DNA of 64,000 nt from a virus. The notes under the pieces were generated by a model, which did not search any database, was not told the origin of the DNA, and worked only from the letters and a program-made list of their open reading frames with translations. Location: positions 13,010 to 77,009 of the IMG/VR virus record IMGVR_UViG_3300026097_001210, one strand, 5' to 3'. Positions within the stretch are counted from its first letter, which is position 1; each line of letters starts with the position of its first letter. Below, piece after piece: positions 1 through 10,500 of this stretch. Position numbers and translations under genes: made by a program.

Positions 1-2
1 AA

Positions 3-881
3 ATGGAAATACTGAGAGTTCCGTCATATCAAATTCAAGCAGAAATTTCGGTTTCTTCGCCATCAACGAGTTACGACTATACCGTAACAGATATGGCGGA
101 TAACTCAGTTTCTAATGGGACGCTAACTTCTAGCATCGATTCTAAAATTACAATAGATTTTTCCGATAAGTATGATTCTAGCTATTTAGTTAACGTAGAT
201 GGCACAGATCATTATATTGATGTTGTCAGACCGTATGTAGACCCCACTACTAAAGCAGAAACAGCTTCTGAAATTAATGATTATGCAAAATATGAAATTA
301 TTGCAAGAGCAATTATTGACTCAGTTGTTCGAGAGGGATTCTACTACAAAAAGCACACAATTCAAACTACTGGTCTAGGTGCTGACTATATACCGCTTTG
401 GGTTAACGCTCACAGGGTGCTGAAGCTTTATGAAAACAATGTCTTAATGTATGATTTTGACAATGCAGAAAACTATAGCACATCTTACAAAGTTACTACA
501 GATAAAACAGCTGTTATAGAAGATTATGAAGATATGATTAATAGGTTGGAATCCTCCGCCCTTATGATACCCTCGGCTGGTTCAGATATCTTTGATATCA
601 AATACACATACAAAGGTTTTCCTAAGACTTTTGACTACACGATTGTTTTAGAGGTGGGGTATCCAAATATTCCATCAGACATTGTTAGAGCTACGGAGCT
701 ATTGGTTGATGATATTGCTTGCGGTAGGCTAGACTATGCCCAAAGATATATGAAGAGCTATCAAACAGATCAATTTAAGATAGGCTTTGATGACAGAGTA
801 TTTGAGGGTACTGGCAATCTAGTTGTAGACAAGATACTTTCTAAATATGCAAAGTCAATCACTAATCCTGGAGTATTGTAA
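3..881 (+). CDS. Putative head-to-tail adaptor/neck protein
   Basis: First of four coupled ORFs before the tail tube gene; C-terminal 'GYPNIPSDIVRATELLV...' is adaptor-like. Mainly synteny. Confidence 0.5.
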   Translation: MEILRVPSYQIQAEISVSSPSTSYDYTVTDMADNSVSNGTLTSSIDSKITIDFSDKYDSSYLVNVDGTDHYIDVVRPYVDPTTKAETASEINDYAKYEIIARAIIDSVVREGFYYKKHTIQTTGLGADYIPLWVNAHRVLKLYENNVLMYDFDNAENYSTSYKVTTDKTAVIEDYEDMINRLESSALMIPSAGSDIFDIKYTYKGFPKTFDYTIVLEVGYPNIPSDIVRATELLVDDIACGRLDYAQRYMKSYQTDQFKIGFDDRVFEGTGNLVVDKILSKYAKSITNPGVL

Positions 882-1327
882 TGGAATGTGGATCAAACGA
901 CCCCTTGTTCCCAATGCAAGCAGATATTTACTATCCAGAAGTTAACCAAAGCGCTTATGGGAATGTTAGCAAGAACTGGATGAAAGATAGAACGATTTCT
1001 TGCAACCTTGGGCCAGCAGGCTCTCGCTTTAAGGAAGAGGTTGACCCACAAGTTGCTTTAAACATAGAGTCTCTCTTAATTGGTAGATTTAAAGAAGATA
1101 TTAGGTTTTCGGGTGACGATCGGGGTAAAGCAATTACCAACATTGTCATTAGCAATGTAAAAGATAGAAACTGTAATGATTTATATGTAGAAACATCTGG
1201 CGCTAGATCTGGACAGTCAACTATTTTTGAAGTTGCAACGGTAACTCCCCACGTCGGACCTTTTGGAGGAGTAGAGTATTATCGAGTTATTCTTAAAAGA
1301 TCAGAGAATCAGGGGGTAGACGTATGA
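881..1327 (+). CDS. Putative head closure/stopper protein
   Basis: 148 aa, TAATG coupling, neck-module position. Confidence 0.4.
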   Translation: MECGSNDPLFPMQADIYYPEVNQSAYGNVSKNWMKDRTISCNLGPAGSRFKEEVDPQVALNIESLLIGRFKEDIRFSGDDRGKAITNIVISNVKDRNCNDLYVETSGARSGQSTIFEVATVTPHVGPFGGVEYYRVILKRSENQGVDV

Positions 1328-2001
1328 TAAGCGTTGAGTTTGATTCAAAATCTTTTGCAAGAGAAATGAAAATGATTACCGACTATGCCTATGGTTTTGT
1401 TCAGGGGGCTAGATCTGGACAGAAAGTTTTAATAGATCAAATTGGTAGAACCGCTGTAGAAATTCTTGGTGAGTTTATTGATTCTAATGCTAGAGCTAAC
1501 TCAGATGCACTTCATCATGTTTATGAATGGGGGCAATCTGGAAGCCCCGCCGCAAGACTTTTTGATTTACAATATTCTACATATGGAGGAGGCCTAACAA
1601 TTAGCTCCTCTTTTAGACAGTCGTCTAGTATTAAAAAGGGGTCCAACGTTCCTTTCTACGACAAAGCAAGAATAATGGAGCAAGGCATTCCAGTGAGAAT
1701 TAAACCCGTCAGGGCGCAAGCACTACGATTTGAAGATGATGGCGAAGAGGTTTTTACAAAAAAACCAGTAACGGTAGACAATCCAGGTGGAAGCCAGGTA
1801 GAGGGTAATTTTAAAGAAACTATTGATATGTTTTTTAACAATTATTTTTCACAGGCTTTTTTGCAGGTAAGTGGAATTTCTCAAATACTAAATGATGTTG
1901 TAACATTTTCTAAAAATTTACCAAGAGCAAAATCTGGTGGACGTTCTGCTGGATATGATGTTGGATATCGTTGGATTGCTGCAAGGAGGTTTGGAGTATA
2001 A
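1324..2001 (+). CDS. Putative neck/tail completion protein
   Basis: ATGA overlap, neck-module position. Confidence 0.4.
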   Translation: MISVEFDSKSFAREMKMITDYAYGFVQGARSGQKVLIDQIGRTAVEILGEFIDSNARANSDALHHVYEWGQSGSPAARLFDLQYSTYGGGLTISSSFRQSSSIKKGSNVPFYDKARIMEQGIPVRIKPVRAQALRFEDDGEEVFTKKPVTVDNPGGSQVEGNFKETIDMFFNNYFSQAFLQVSGISQILNDVVTFSKNLPRAKSGGRSAGYDVGYRWIAARRFGV

Positions 2002-2633
2002 TGGCTATAGATTATCCCCCAGTTTTTATTAATTATTATTTAGCTGACAAAGTGTATGAAAGAATTCCAGATTATTACTTTAAACCTTCTCTTGGAATAC
2101 AGGAAGAGTTCTTTCCAAGTGAAAACAATCCCTTTAGCTACCCCCTGAGATTTTTTCCAACACAGCCAACATCTATCGACACTTTAACCGAAGAGTTTCC
2201 AGAAGCTGCCGAAAACGTTTTTGCTGTATACGACAGAATGTTTAGAATGAGAAGGGGCCCCTTTCCTCATAAAAGAACTGAGCAGTTGCTGTACTACTTC
2301 TACAAAACAGCAGGAGACATCGAGGCACTAATTGAAACAACTCAGATTGTTGCAGAGCTACTGGATGATGGCGACGAATCCGCGGTAGATGTCAATAGAT
2401 GGATCAGAGATCTTTATAAAAATGCTGGAACCACCTCAGATTATTCAAAAGGAGAAGATTCCAACGGAAGACCATACCTGACTATTTTAGGAAAAGATTT
2501 CTATCTTCCATATTTTCATGAGTTTAAGATTTTTCAATTAGAAGAAGCAAGAGATATTATTGATTTTGGAACAGCTAGAACATATGCTGCCAACAAACTA
2601 ATTATTGAGTACTGCTGGCATAAAACTGTTTAA
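2001..2633 (+). CDS. Putative tail terminator protein
   Basis: Directly before the tail tube gene; ATG 2001 preferred (TAATG coupling, GGAG upstream). Confidence 0.4.
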   Translation: MAIDYPPVFINYYLADKVYERIPDYYFKPSLGIQEEFFPSENNPFSYPLRFFPTQPTSIDTLTEEFPEAAENVFAVYDRMFRMRRGPFPHKRTEQLLYYFYKTAGDIEALIETTQIVAELLDDGDESAVDVNRWIRDLYKNAGTTSDYSKGEDSNGRPYLTILGKDFYLPYFHEFKIFQLEEARDIIDFGTARTYAANKLIIEYCWHKTV

Positions 2634-2709
2634 TTTAAAAATGGCTGTTATACTTAAAGCTGAGGAAACGCGCCTACTACTTCATATATGAAAGAAGAGG
2701 TGAAATACT

Positions 2710-3369
2710 ATGGCATATTCAAGAGGTAATAGCTCCCAGATTATTGTGGGTGCTGCTGCTCTTTTCACATTCGAAGAGGGTGAGCTTACCGATGCTGACC
2801 TGCCAACAGTTGTAGATGACCTAAGCTACCGCGAGACTCTCTCGGACGCTACTGACGGTGTGGGCTTCCGCAACGTTGGTTACACCATGAACGGTCTAGA
2901 AATTGTTTTCCAGCCCGACTTTGGTGAGGTACAGGTAGACCAGATTCTCGACGTTGCTAAGCTTTACAAGCAGGGTATGCAGGTTAATCTAAACACTGCA
3001 TTCGCTGAAGCAACACTTGAGAACCTGCTATTTGCAGTTGCAGGTAAGAGCGATGACATCACAGAGGGCCCAACAACTGGTTCCTTTGCTGGTTCTTCAA
3101 ACACAGTGCTAGACATGTCGTCTGGTGACATCGGTGAGTGCCCAGTCGAGCGTGGTCTTGTTGCTGTCGGACCAGGTACAGGAGACTGTGCAATTGGTGA
3201 TCAGATCGAGCGTATCTATGTTGGATACCGTGCACTTTCAATTGAAAGCGTTACAGTGTCCGCAAAGCGCGACGAGCCAACAATGTTTGAAGTTTCATTC
3301 AGAATGCTTCCAAACAACAGCGGTTCCTACGGTAAAATCGTAGACCGTACCATTCCAGCTTCTAGCTAG
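2710..3369 (+). CDS. Major tail tube protein
   Basis: 'FRNVGYTMNGLEIVFQPDFGEVQVDQ...AFAEATLENL' tube-protein pattern; GAGGTG RBS; followed by a terminator; upstream of chaperones and TMP. Confidence 0.8.
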   Translation: MAYSRGNSSQIIVGAAALFTFEEGELTDADLPTVVDDLSYRETLSDATDGVGFRNVGYTMNGLEIVFQPDFGEVQVDQILDVAKLYKQGMQVNLNTAFAEATLENLLFAVAGKSDDITEGPTTGSFAGSSNTVLDMSSGDIGECPVERGLVAVGPGTGDCAIGDQIERIYVGYRALSIESVTVSAKRDEPTMFEVSFRMLPNNSGSYGKIVDRTIPASS

Positions 3370-3387
3370 AATACAATTTAATATAAG

Positions 3388-3426
3388 GCGCCCAGGGGCT
3401 AATATCCCCCTGGGCGCTTATGTTTT
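3388..3426 (+). terminator. Intrinsic terminator after the tail tube gene
   Basis: GCGCCCAGGGG / CCCCTGGGCGC 11-bp stem followed by TTATGTTTT. Confidence 0.8.
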
Positions 3427-3434
3427 GGTACAAT
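3426..3434 (+). promoter_or_regulatory. Extended -10 promoter (leaderless)
   Basis: TGG-TACAAT, 6 nt before ATG 3441. Confidence 0.6.
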
Positions 3435-3440
3435 TATATT

Positions 3441-4124
3441 ATGGCTACCGACATATACAAGAAAAACTATGTAGAGTTGATTGACGGTACCAAGGTAGTC
3501 TTGTCACCATTAAAAATAAAATATCTAAAAGAATTTATGAATATTTTTGAAAATATTAAAAACTCAAAAAACGATGACGAATCCATCACAATACTTTCTG
3601 AATGTGCTGCTGTATGTATGCAACAAAACTATCCCATTATTCAAACTAGAGAAGATTTGGAAGACCACGTTGACCTTCCAACCGTTTATGAAATATTAGA
3701 TTATTGTGCGGGTATTAAAATTAATCCCGAAGAAAGCAGTGTTGACGAACAAGCAAAACAACAAAAGACTGGCAACAGCTGGGACGAGCTGGACTTAGCT
3801 TCTCTAGAAGCAGAAATTTTTACTACGGGTGCCTGGAAAAACTTTGAAGAACTTGAGTCCTCGATTAACATGAAAGAACTAGTTGCCGTTCTAGAAAAAA
3901 TTAGAGAGCTTGATTATAATGAGAAAAAGTTTTTTGCTGCAATCCAAGGCGTTGACTTGGATAAAAACTCCAACAAGGGCCAGGATGAATGGGAAAAGAT
4001 GAAAGCAAGAGTCTTTAGCAATAATGCTACTGAGGACCCAGATGACATCCTTTCCTTGCAGGGTATAAATGCAGAAAAGGCTGGATTTGGAATAGGCATG
4101 GGGCTTTCCTACGAAAAACTTTAG
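3441..4124 (+). CDS. Tail assembly chaperone, long (GT-like) form
   Basis: Between tube and TMP genes; N-terminal ~100 aa paralogous to 4182..4502; start revised to 3441. Confidence 0.65.
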   Translation: MATDIYKKNYVELIDGTKVVLSPLKIKYLKEFMNIFENIKNSKNDDESITILSECAAVCMQQNYPIIQTREDLEDHVDLPTVYEILDYCAGIKINPEESSVDEQAKQQKTGNSWDELDLASLEAEIFTTGAWKNFEELESSINMKELVAVLEKIRELDYNEKKFFAAIQGVDLDKNSNKGQDEWEKMKARVFSNNATEDPDDILSLQGINAEKAGFGIGMGLSYEKL

Positions 4125-4145
4125 TCAATAATTAAGAATCGATTA

Positions 4146-4154
4146 TGTTATAAT
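4146..4154 (+). promoter_or_regulatory. Extended -10 promoter
   Basis: TGT-TATAAT upstream of the short chaperone and TMP genes. Confidence 0.55.
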
Positions 4155-4181
4155 TAGATAGCCAAAAAAACAAAAGGAGAC

Positions 4182-4502
4182 ATGATTTATATGGCAAACA
4201 CTACAAACAATGAAGAACAAGAAATTAAATTAATGGATGGAACAAAAATCAAAGTAAGACCACTAAAGATTTCACTACTTCGTGAATTTATGAAAAAGTT
4301 TGAGGGTATTCAAGCAGTTGCATCTGATAATGAAAAGTCAATGGACATTTTGCTTGAGTGTGTTCAAATAGCCATGAAGCAGTATAAGCAAGAGCTTTCT
4401 GAGGACAAGGAACAGCTCGAAGAACTTCTCGATCTACCAACAGTATATCGAATTGTTGAAGAGGCATCTGGAGTAAGACTTTCAGATTCTCTTATAAATT
4501 AA
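4182..4502 (+). CDS. Tail assembly chaperone, short (G-like) form
   Basis: Immediately before the TMP; AAAGGAG RBS; shares PLKI..L.EFM and DLPTVY.I with the upstream gene. Confidence 0.65.
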   Translation: MIYMANTTNNEEQEIKLMDGTKIKVRPLKISLLREFMKKFEGIQAVASDNEKSMDILLECVQIAMKQYKQELSEDKEQLEELLDLPTVYRIVEEASGVRLSDSLIN

Positions 4503-4517
4503 AAGGAGCTATTCTGA

Positions 4518-7500
4518 ATGGCTGAAGCACAAGCCAATATAAATCTGAATCTAAATACCTCTGGAGCCCTCGCACAATTGCGAGCGCTCCAGAGGCAGAT
4601 TTCTTTGTTTCAGCAACAAATGGCTCGTGGGAATGCCAACACTGTTGCCCAAGCTCAGGGCATGCAGAGAAACCTTCTTAATAGCATAAACTCTACTGGC
4701 CAGTTCGCAGCCAGTATGACGACGGTATCCACAGCTACCGAATCTTTTACTAGTGCACTTCAAAAAAACAAACTCTCTATGGGGGAGTACTTTAGGTTTG
4801 CTGGCGGGGCATCTAAAAACTTTGGTCGTTTCTTTAGAAATGAAATGAATCTTGTTGGCAAAGTTGCCAGGGAAAGAGTAAAAGACCTTCAAACCCAATA
4901 CATTAAAATGGGTCGAGACACTAACGGAGCCATGAGGGCTATGGCCGTTAGGCCACTAACCCTTGATATGGAAAATCTTGCCACTAGGACGGCAATGGCT
5001 GCTCAAAAACAGCAAATATTCAATCAGCTTATTCGTCAAGGATCAACCAATCTTCTAAACTGGGGTAAGAATACTCAGTGGGCTGGTAGACAGCTTATGG
5101 TTGGTTTTACTATTCCGCTTGGAATAATGGGTGCAACAGCCATTTCTGAGTTTAGAAAACTTGAAGAGCAAGCGGTTAAATTTAGACGTGTTTATGGAGA
5201 CATGTTTACCACCAGCGCTGAAACAGAAAAAGCTCTAGACAACATTAGAGAACTCGCTGATGAATTCACAAAGTATGGTATTGCTGTTGAGAAGACAATT
5301 GATTTAGCCGCAAAAGTCGCCCAGATGGGTAACATGGGCGACGCCCTCGAACAACAGGTAACTCAAGCAACAAGACTTGCTGTTTTGGGTGGGCTAGAGC
5401 AGCAAGAAGCACTAGACACCACAATTTCTCTTACTAATGCTTTTGGTGTTGCAACAGAAGATTTGGCTAGCAAGATTGCCTTTTTGAATGCCGCAGAAAA
5501 CCAAACAATTCTTGCCATTGAAGACTTTAACGAAGCGATTCCAAAAGCTGGTTCTGTTGTTCAACAGCTTGGTGGGGACGTAGAAGACCTTGCATTCTTC
5601 CTTACTGCCATGCGAGAGGGTGGAATTAACGCCAGCCAAGGTGCAAACGCTCTAAAGTCATCTCTTGGTAGATTAGTAAACCCAACCGAGGTTGCCAGAA
5701 AGAAAATGGCAGAGCTGGGAATTGACATCGTCGGCATTGTTGAAAATAATGTCGGTGATTTGCGCGGTACCATTATGGAGCTTGGTTATGAGCTAGATGC
5801 CTTGGCCCCACTTGACAGATCTAGAGCTATTGAACAAATGTTTGGAAAGTTCCAGTTTGCTCGAATGTCTACAATGTTCCAAAATATTGTAAAAGATGGA
5901 AGTCAGGCACAAAAAGTTCTAGAGCTTACTACTAACAGCTCCGAAGAGCTTGCTATTTTGGCAGAGCGCGAGCTTGCCAGGGTAGAAGAATCTCCAGCAT
6001 TCAAACTACAAAAAAGCTTTGAGCAACTTAAAGCATCTCTTGCCCCACTAGGTGAGCAGTTTGTTAAAATTGTTACCCCAATTATAGAGTTTGGTACAAA
6101 CATACTTGAAAAGTTTAACGCTATGGGCGAAGGTGGAAAACGTTTTGCCACTATTGCGATTGCCTCACTTGGTCTTGTTGCCCCAGCAGCATTGATGATT
6201 ATTGGTCTTATTGCCAACGGTGTGGCAAACTTGGCAAAATTCTTTACCATGCTAATGAGCGTTGGAAAGCAGGGGTCAACATCAATGACTCAGCTTGGCG
6301 CACAGACACAGTATATGACTCAAGAACAAATTGAAGCAAGCGCTGTAGCGGCTTCTCTTAATAATTCTCACGAAAGATTGCGACAAACATTTACATCTGA
6401 AGCAGCTGCTGTTAGAAATTTGACAACCGCATACCAACAAGGAATTGGGGCACAAAGAGCTTTTGCATTTGGTCCTGGACGCGGCCCAGCAAGAGGTAGG
6501 ACTGCTTCTGGATTTGCAGAGGGGGTTGTTTCCGTACCTGGTCCAAAAGGCGCGGGGGACATAATTCCAGCAATGCTCTCCCCAGGGGAAGCAGTTATTC
6601 CAGCAAAGATGGCTGAAAAATATGCGCCATTTATTAGTCAAATGATTGAAGGTACGGTTCCTGGATTTATAAAAGGAACCTTTTTAACAAATAAACAGGT
6701 TGCAGATGAAAAGTTTTATAGCGCTCCAAGGTCTGTCTCTCAACAGGCGTCGGAAATGCCAGCCTGGTCAACTGAGGCCGCGGAGGATGAATTTCTTGAA
6801 AGACTAGCGGCAGAAGAAGGGTTGTCAGAACAACAAACCAAACAGTTAAAGAGAAGACAAACTTCTCACATTGAAAAAGACACATCTCCAGTTGAAATTG
6901 GTGGCCAGAAGGTTGAAATGAAAAACTGGAAAGCAGACAACCTTATGCTTGACAAGGGGGCAGTTAACAATTTTCAAAACAGCCTAGAGCAAAGCGGTGG
7001 AGTACTAAAAGACCTGTCTGATTCAGACATTGGCAATATCGCAAAAGAAGCAGGGACGAGCTTTAAAGACACCAAAAAAACTTTAGAAAAGTTTGACAAG
7101 GGAATTGCTCCAGCAACCAAAAAAGAAGCAAAAATAATGCAAAAGGTTGCCGAAAGAAAAGCAGCCGAAGCTGACGCAGCCTATAAGGCCGAAGAAGCTA
7201 AAAAAAGACCAAACCAAAGAAACTTAAGCAGACTGAGAAATCAAAGATATCAGGCTAGGGCAGCCGCGGGAGTGCTGCAAGAAAGGCTTAAGGCACCAAC
7301 CGGTAAGGGTTTTTATGATACAAAAGATCAAAGGTCTTATGACCCTAAAAAAGATGCCAAGGCTGATCAGGAACAAAAAAGAAAAGTAGACAGCTTAAAT
7401 CGCAAAAACGAAAAGCTAAAAGAAGAAAACAGCAAAGCCATAAAAAAGAATACGCGGTCAAAGAAAAATTCAACTCGGGCAACTGATAAGAATACCGCGG

Positions 7501-10500
7501 CCACTCAAAAAGAAGAGGCGGCAACGAAAAGGTCTGTTGCCGCAAAGAAGGGGTGGGAAACTAGGCGAGCAAGAGCTGCCGCAACATCAGCCGCATCTGC
7601 CCCAAGAGATTTAAGTGGCGTTACTAGATTAACTTCTAGACAACCAGTTTTGGCTTATGCTGGCGGTATGCCAGAAACAAGCCCAGCACCAGCAGCACCA
7701 GGAAGATTTAAAAGATTTATGTCTGTTGGTAAGGGTAGCGGCGGTATGGGTATTGCCATGGGTGCATCTGCTTTGGCAATGGGCGGTTCTATGCTTCCAG
7801 GTCAAATAGGTCAAACTGTTCAAAAGCTAATGCCAGCAATTATGGGAATTTCAATGCTTGCCCCAATGATCGGTATGCTTGGAGCGCCACTAACTGCTTT
7901 AATTGCTGTTGTTGGTGGGCTAACCGCTGCTTATTTCTTGCACAAGAAAGCTATTGAGGATACCGCCAAAGAAACGTATGAATTGCAAAGAGCGCTGGGT
8001 ACCAGTAGAACAGCAGTTCAGTCTTTGGCAGAAGAGGCGGGGAGGGTAACAGACAGAGAGCTTGTTGAAAGGCAACAACAGGACAGATTTGACCCATTCC
8101 AAATTGCAGCGGGTAAAACCACTTTCGGTGAAAACTTTGCAGAGGGAGAAGCTGGTCAAGAGCTAGTAAGTAACATTAGAACATCACTAACTGATTTGGG
8201 AAGAGACCAAACAGTTATAAGTGTTTTCCAGCAACTTGGTCAGGCCGTAGGAGAGGGTGCTCTTTCTATCCCAGAAGCCAGAAGTATCGCCACAGAGCTT
8301 GGAGATCAAATTGACGATATGTCATTTGGTATGGAGGTTAATGCAAACTTAATGAGGCTGCTTGGCCCAGGGGGAGAAGACCTAACCGCTGGGGACAGAC
8401 TAACAATCCTTGCAGACCTTAGAGAGGATCGAGAAAGAACCAGAGAAGAGATGGATCTGGACTATGAAGCAACCTCTTATGGGGATATCTTCGATGCTGA
8501 ATCCGAAGCCAATGAAAGGCTAGGAGAAATAATTGAACAAAGTGGTAGCATGCTTGGCGCAATGGCTACTTCTGGAGAAGCCTGGAAGATTTGGTGGGGT
8601 GCCATTACTGGCACTACCGCAGCTCAAGATAATATAAAGCAGATGTCTACTATTTTAGCTCAAGGTGTCAATGACGCCGATGCATACGCTTCAGAAATGG
8701 CTGCAATAGAAGTAGCTTATGGCGAGGACCTAGAAAAAGCCTATGCTATGGGAGATCAGTACGAAATATCAAGACTTGAAAGAGAAAAGAGCGATGCGCA
8801 AAGGGAGCTGGTTGCTCAAAGGAAACAAGATCAAGATCAAATTTTATCAGAGCTTGGCGAAGATACTTCAAAAGCCAGAATAGCCATGAAGCAAGCCCTA
8901 GAAGTTGATTTTGCTGGTGACGAAGCCGCCCTAGCTCAATATCAAGGGGCCTTAAAACAAATACAAGAGCTGGGCCTGTCTGATCAAAAATCCTTACAGT
9001 TAGAATATATGCTTACTTCTGGTGACATGGAGTTTTCAACTGCAATGGCAATTGTAGAAAATTATGAAAAATTACCAAAAGTTTCCAACAAAATATTAGA
9101 AATTCAAACCAAGCTTGGCGGAGATTTTGGCAAAAACGCATCAGACTTATTCAATATATTCAATGATCTAGATGAAGCATTAGCAGAAGAATTTGTTTTG
9201 AGTCTAGACACCAGAGATCTAGATGAGTATCAAAGACAAATTGAAGGATTTGGTGCAATTTCTAGGATTACTAACCTTTTTCCAGAAGGGGAAGAAATTC
9301 TTTTAGATTTGGCACTTAAAGACCCAAGTGTTTTAGATGGAATTGTAGAAAGAACTAGCAGAATAGAGGCTTTAGATAATGAACAGATTACCCTAGACTT
9401 TATTGCTAATACATTTGGAGACGAAGCACTCGCTGCAGCAGAAACTATTTGGTCAGATATACCAAAGGAAGATAGAAAAGACGCTCTTTACAGTATTTTA
9501 ACAGCCTTAGACCTTCAGATGGGAGAAGGATTCGACGATCTTTTCTCATCACTAGAAGGGCAAACAATTGCTGGGGTGACAATTAGTGAACCTGGAGACA
9601 TTCTTTCCCTTATTGGAGCAAGAACCTCTGGCATAGCACAAGGAAACAGAGAAGCTGGCGATGGTGAAGATGAAATAGAGGCAGCAGGCGGCAGCGCCAA
9701 AAAGCTAACCTCTATTATGGATGACCTAGTTAAAAAACTAAGAGACGTTAGACTTAGCACAATCTTAATGACAAACGGATGGGTTGAATCTGCGAATAAG
9801 CTAGAAGAGCTTTTTGGAGGCGGCAGGGGTATTTCTGTATTCAGAGGTCTAGAACAGGAAATGCGTAGCCTTGGTGCAGGCGAAGACCTAATTGACCTAA
9901 TTGTTGGAATGGATCCTGAAGAGTTTGAAAAGAAAAAAGATCAGCTATTTACTTTTGATGCTGCTGGAAATATTACTGGAGCAACAAACATTCTTGCCAA
10001 CATGGGCAAAGCGCTAGATGCAATTGCTCTTGGAGACTTCCAAAGTGAACAGGAAAAGGTTGTTAGAACTATAAGTGATCAAATTATCGCAACAAGAAAA
10101 CTTACAGCTGCTGGATTTAGCCAAGTTGAAGCCTATGAGGCAGTCCAGGATGCAGCTTTTGCTGCGGCGGTAGCTCAAGAAAAAAACAAAGATGTAATAA
10201 GACAGCTCGTAAATGTAACAAAAGAAGCAAAAGAAATGACTGAGGCTTTTGCCGCTGCTCAGGCGGTAGCTTCATCAAATCAAGAATTTGTTGACAGAGG
10301 TAATGCCATAGACTTTATTGCTAAAAATATTGAAAACCTTACTGAAGCACAAAAACAATTAATTATGAGCGATAGCAATGTTCAAGCATTAATTGGAACT
10401 ACCGTCGATGCAAAGGCGCTTAGGCAGGCATTGGCTAATGCTGAAAAAGAAGCACAGCTTGAGCTTAGAATTAAAAAGCTAACATTTGAGGGGCAGATAG

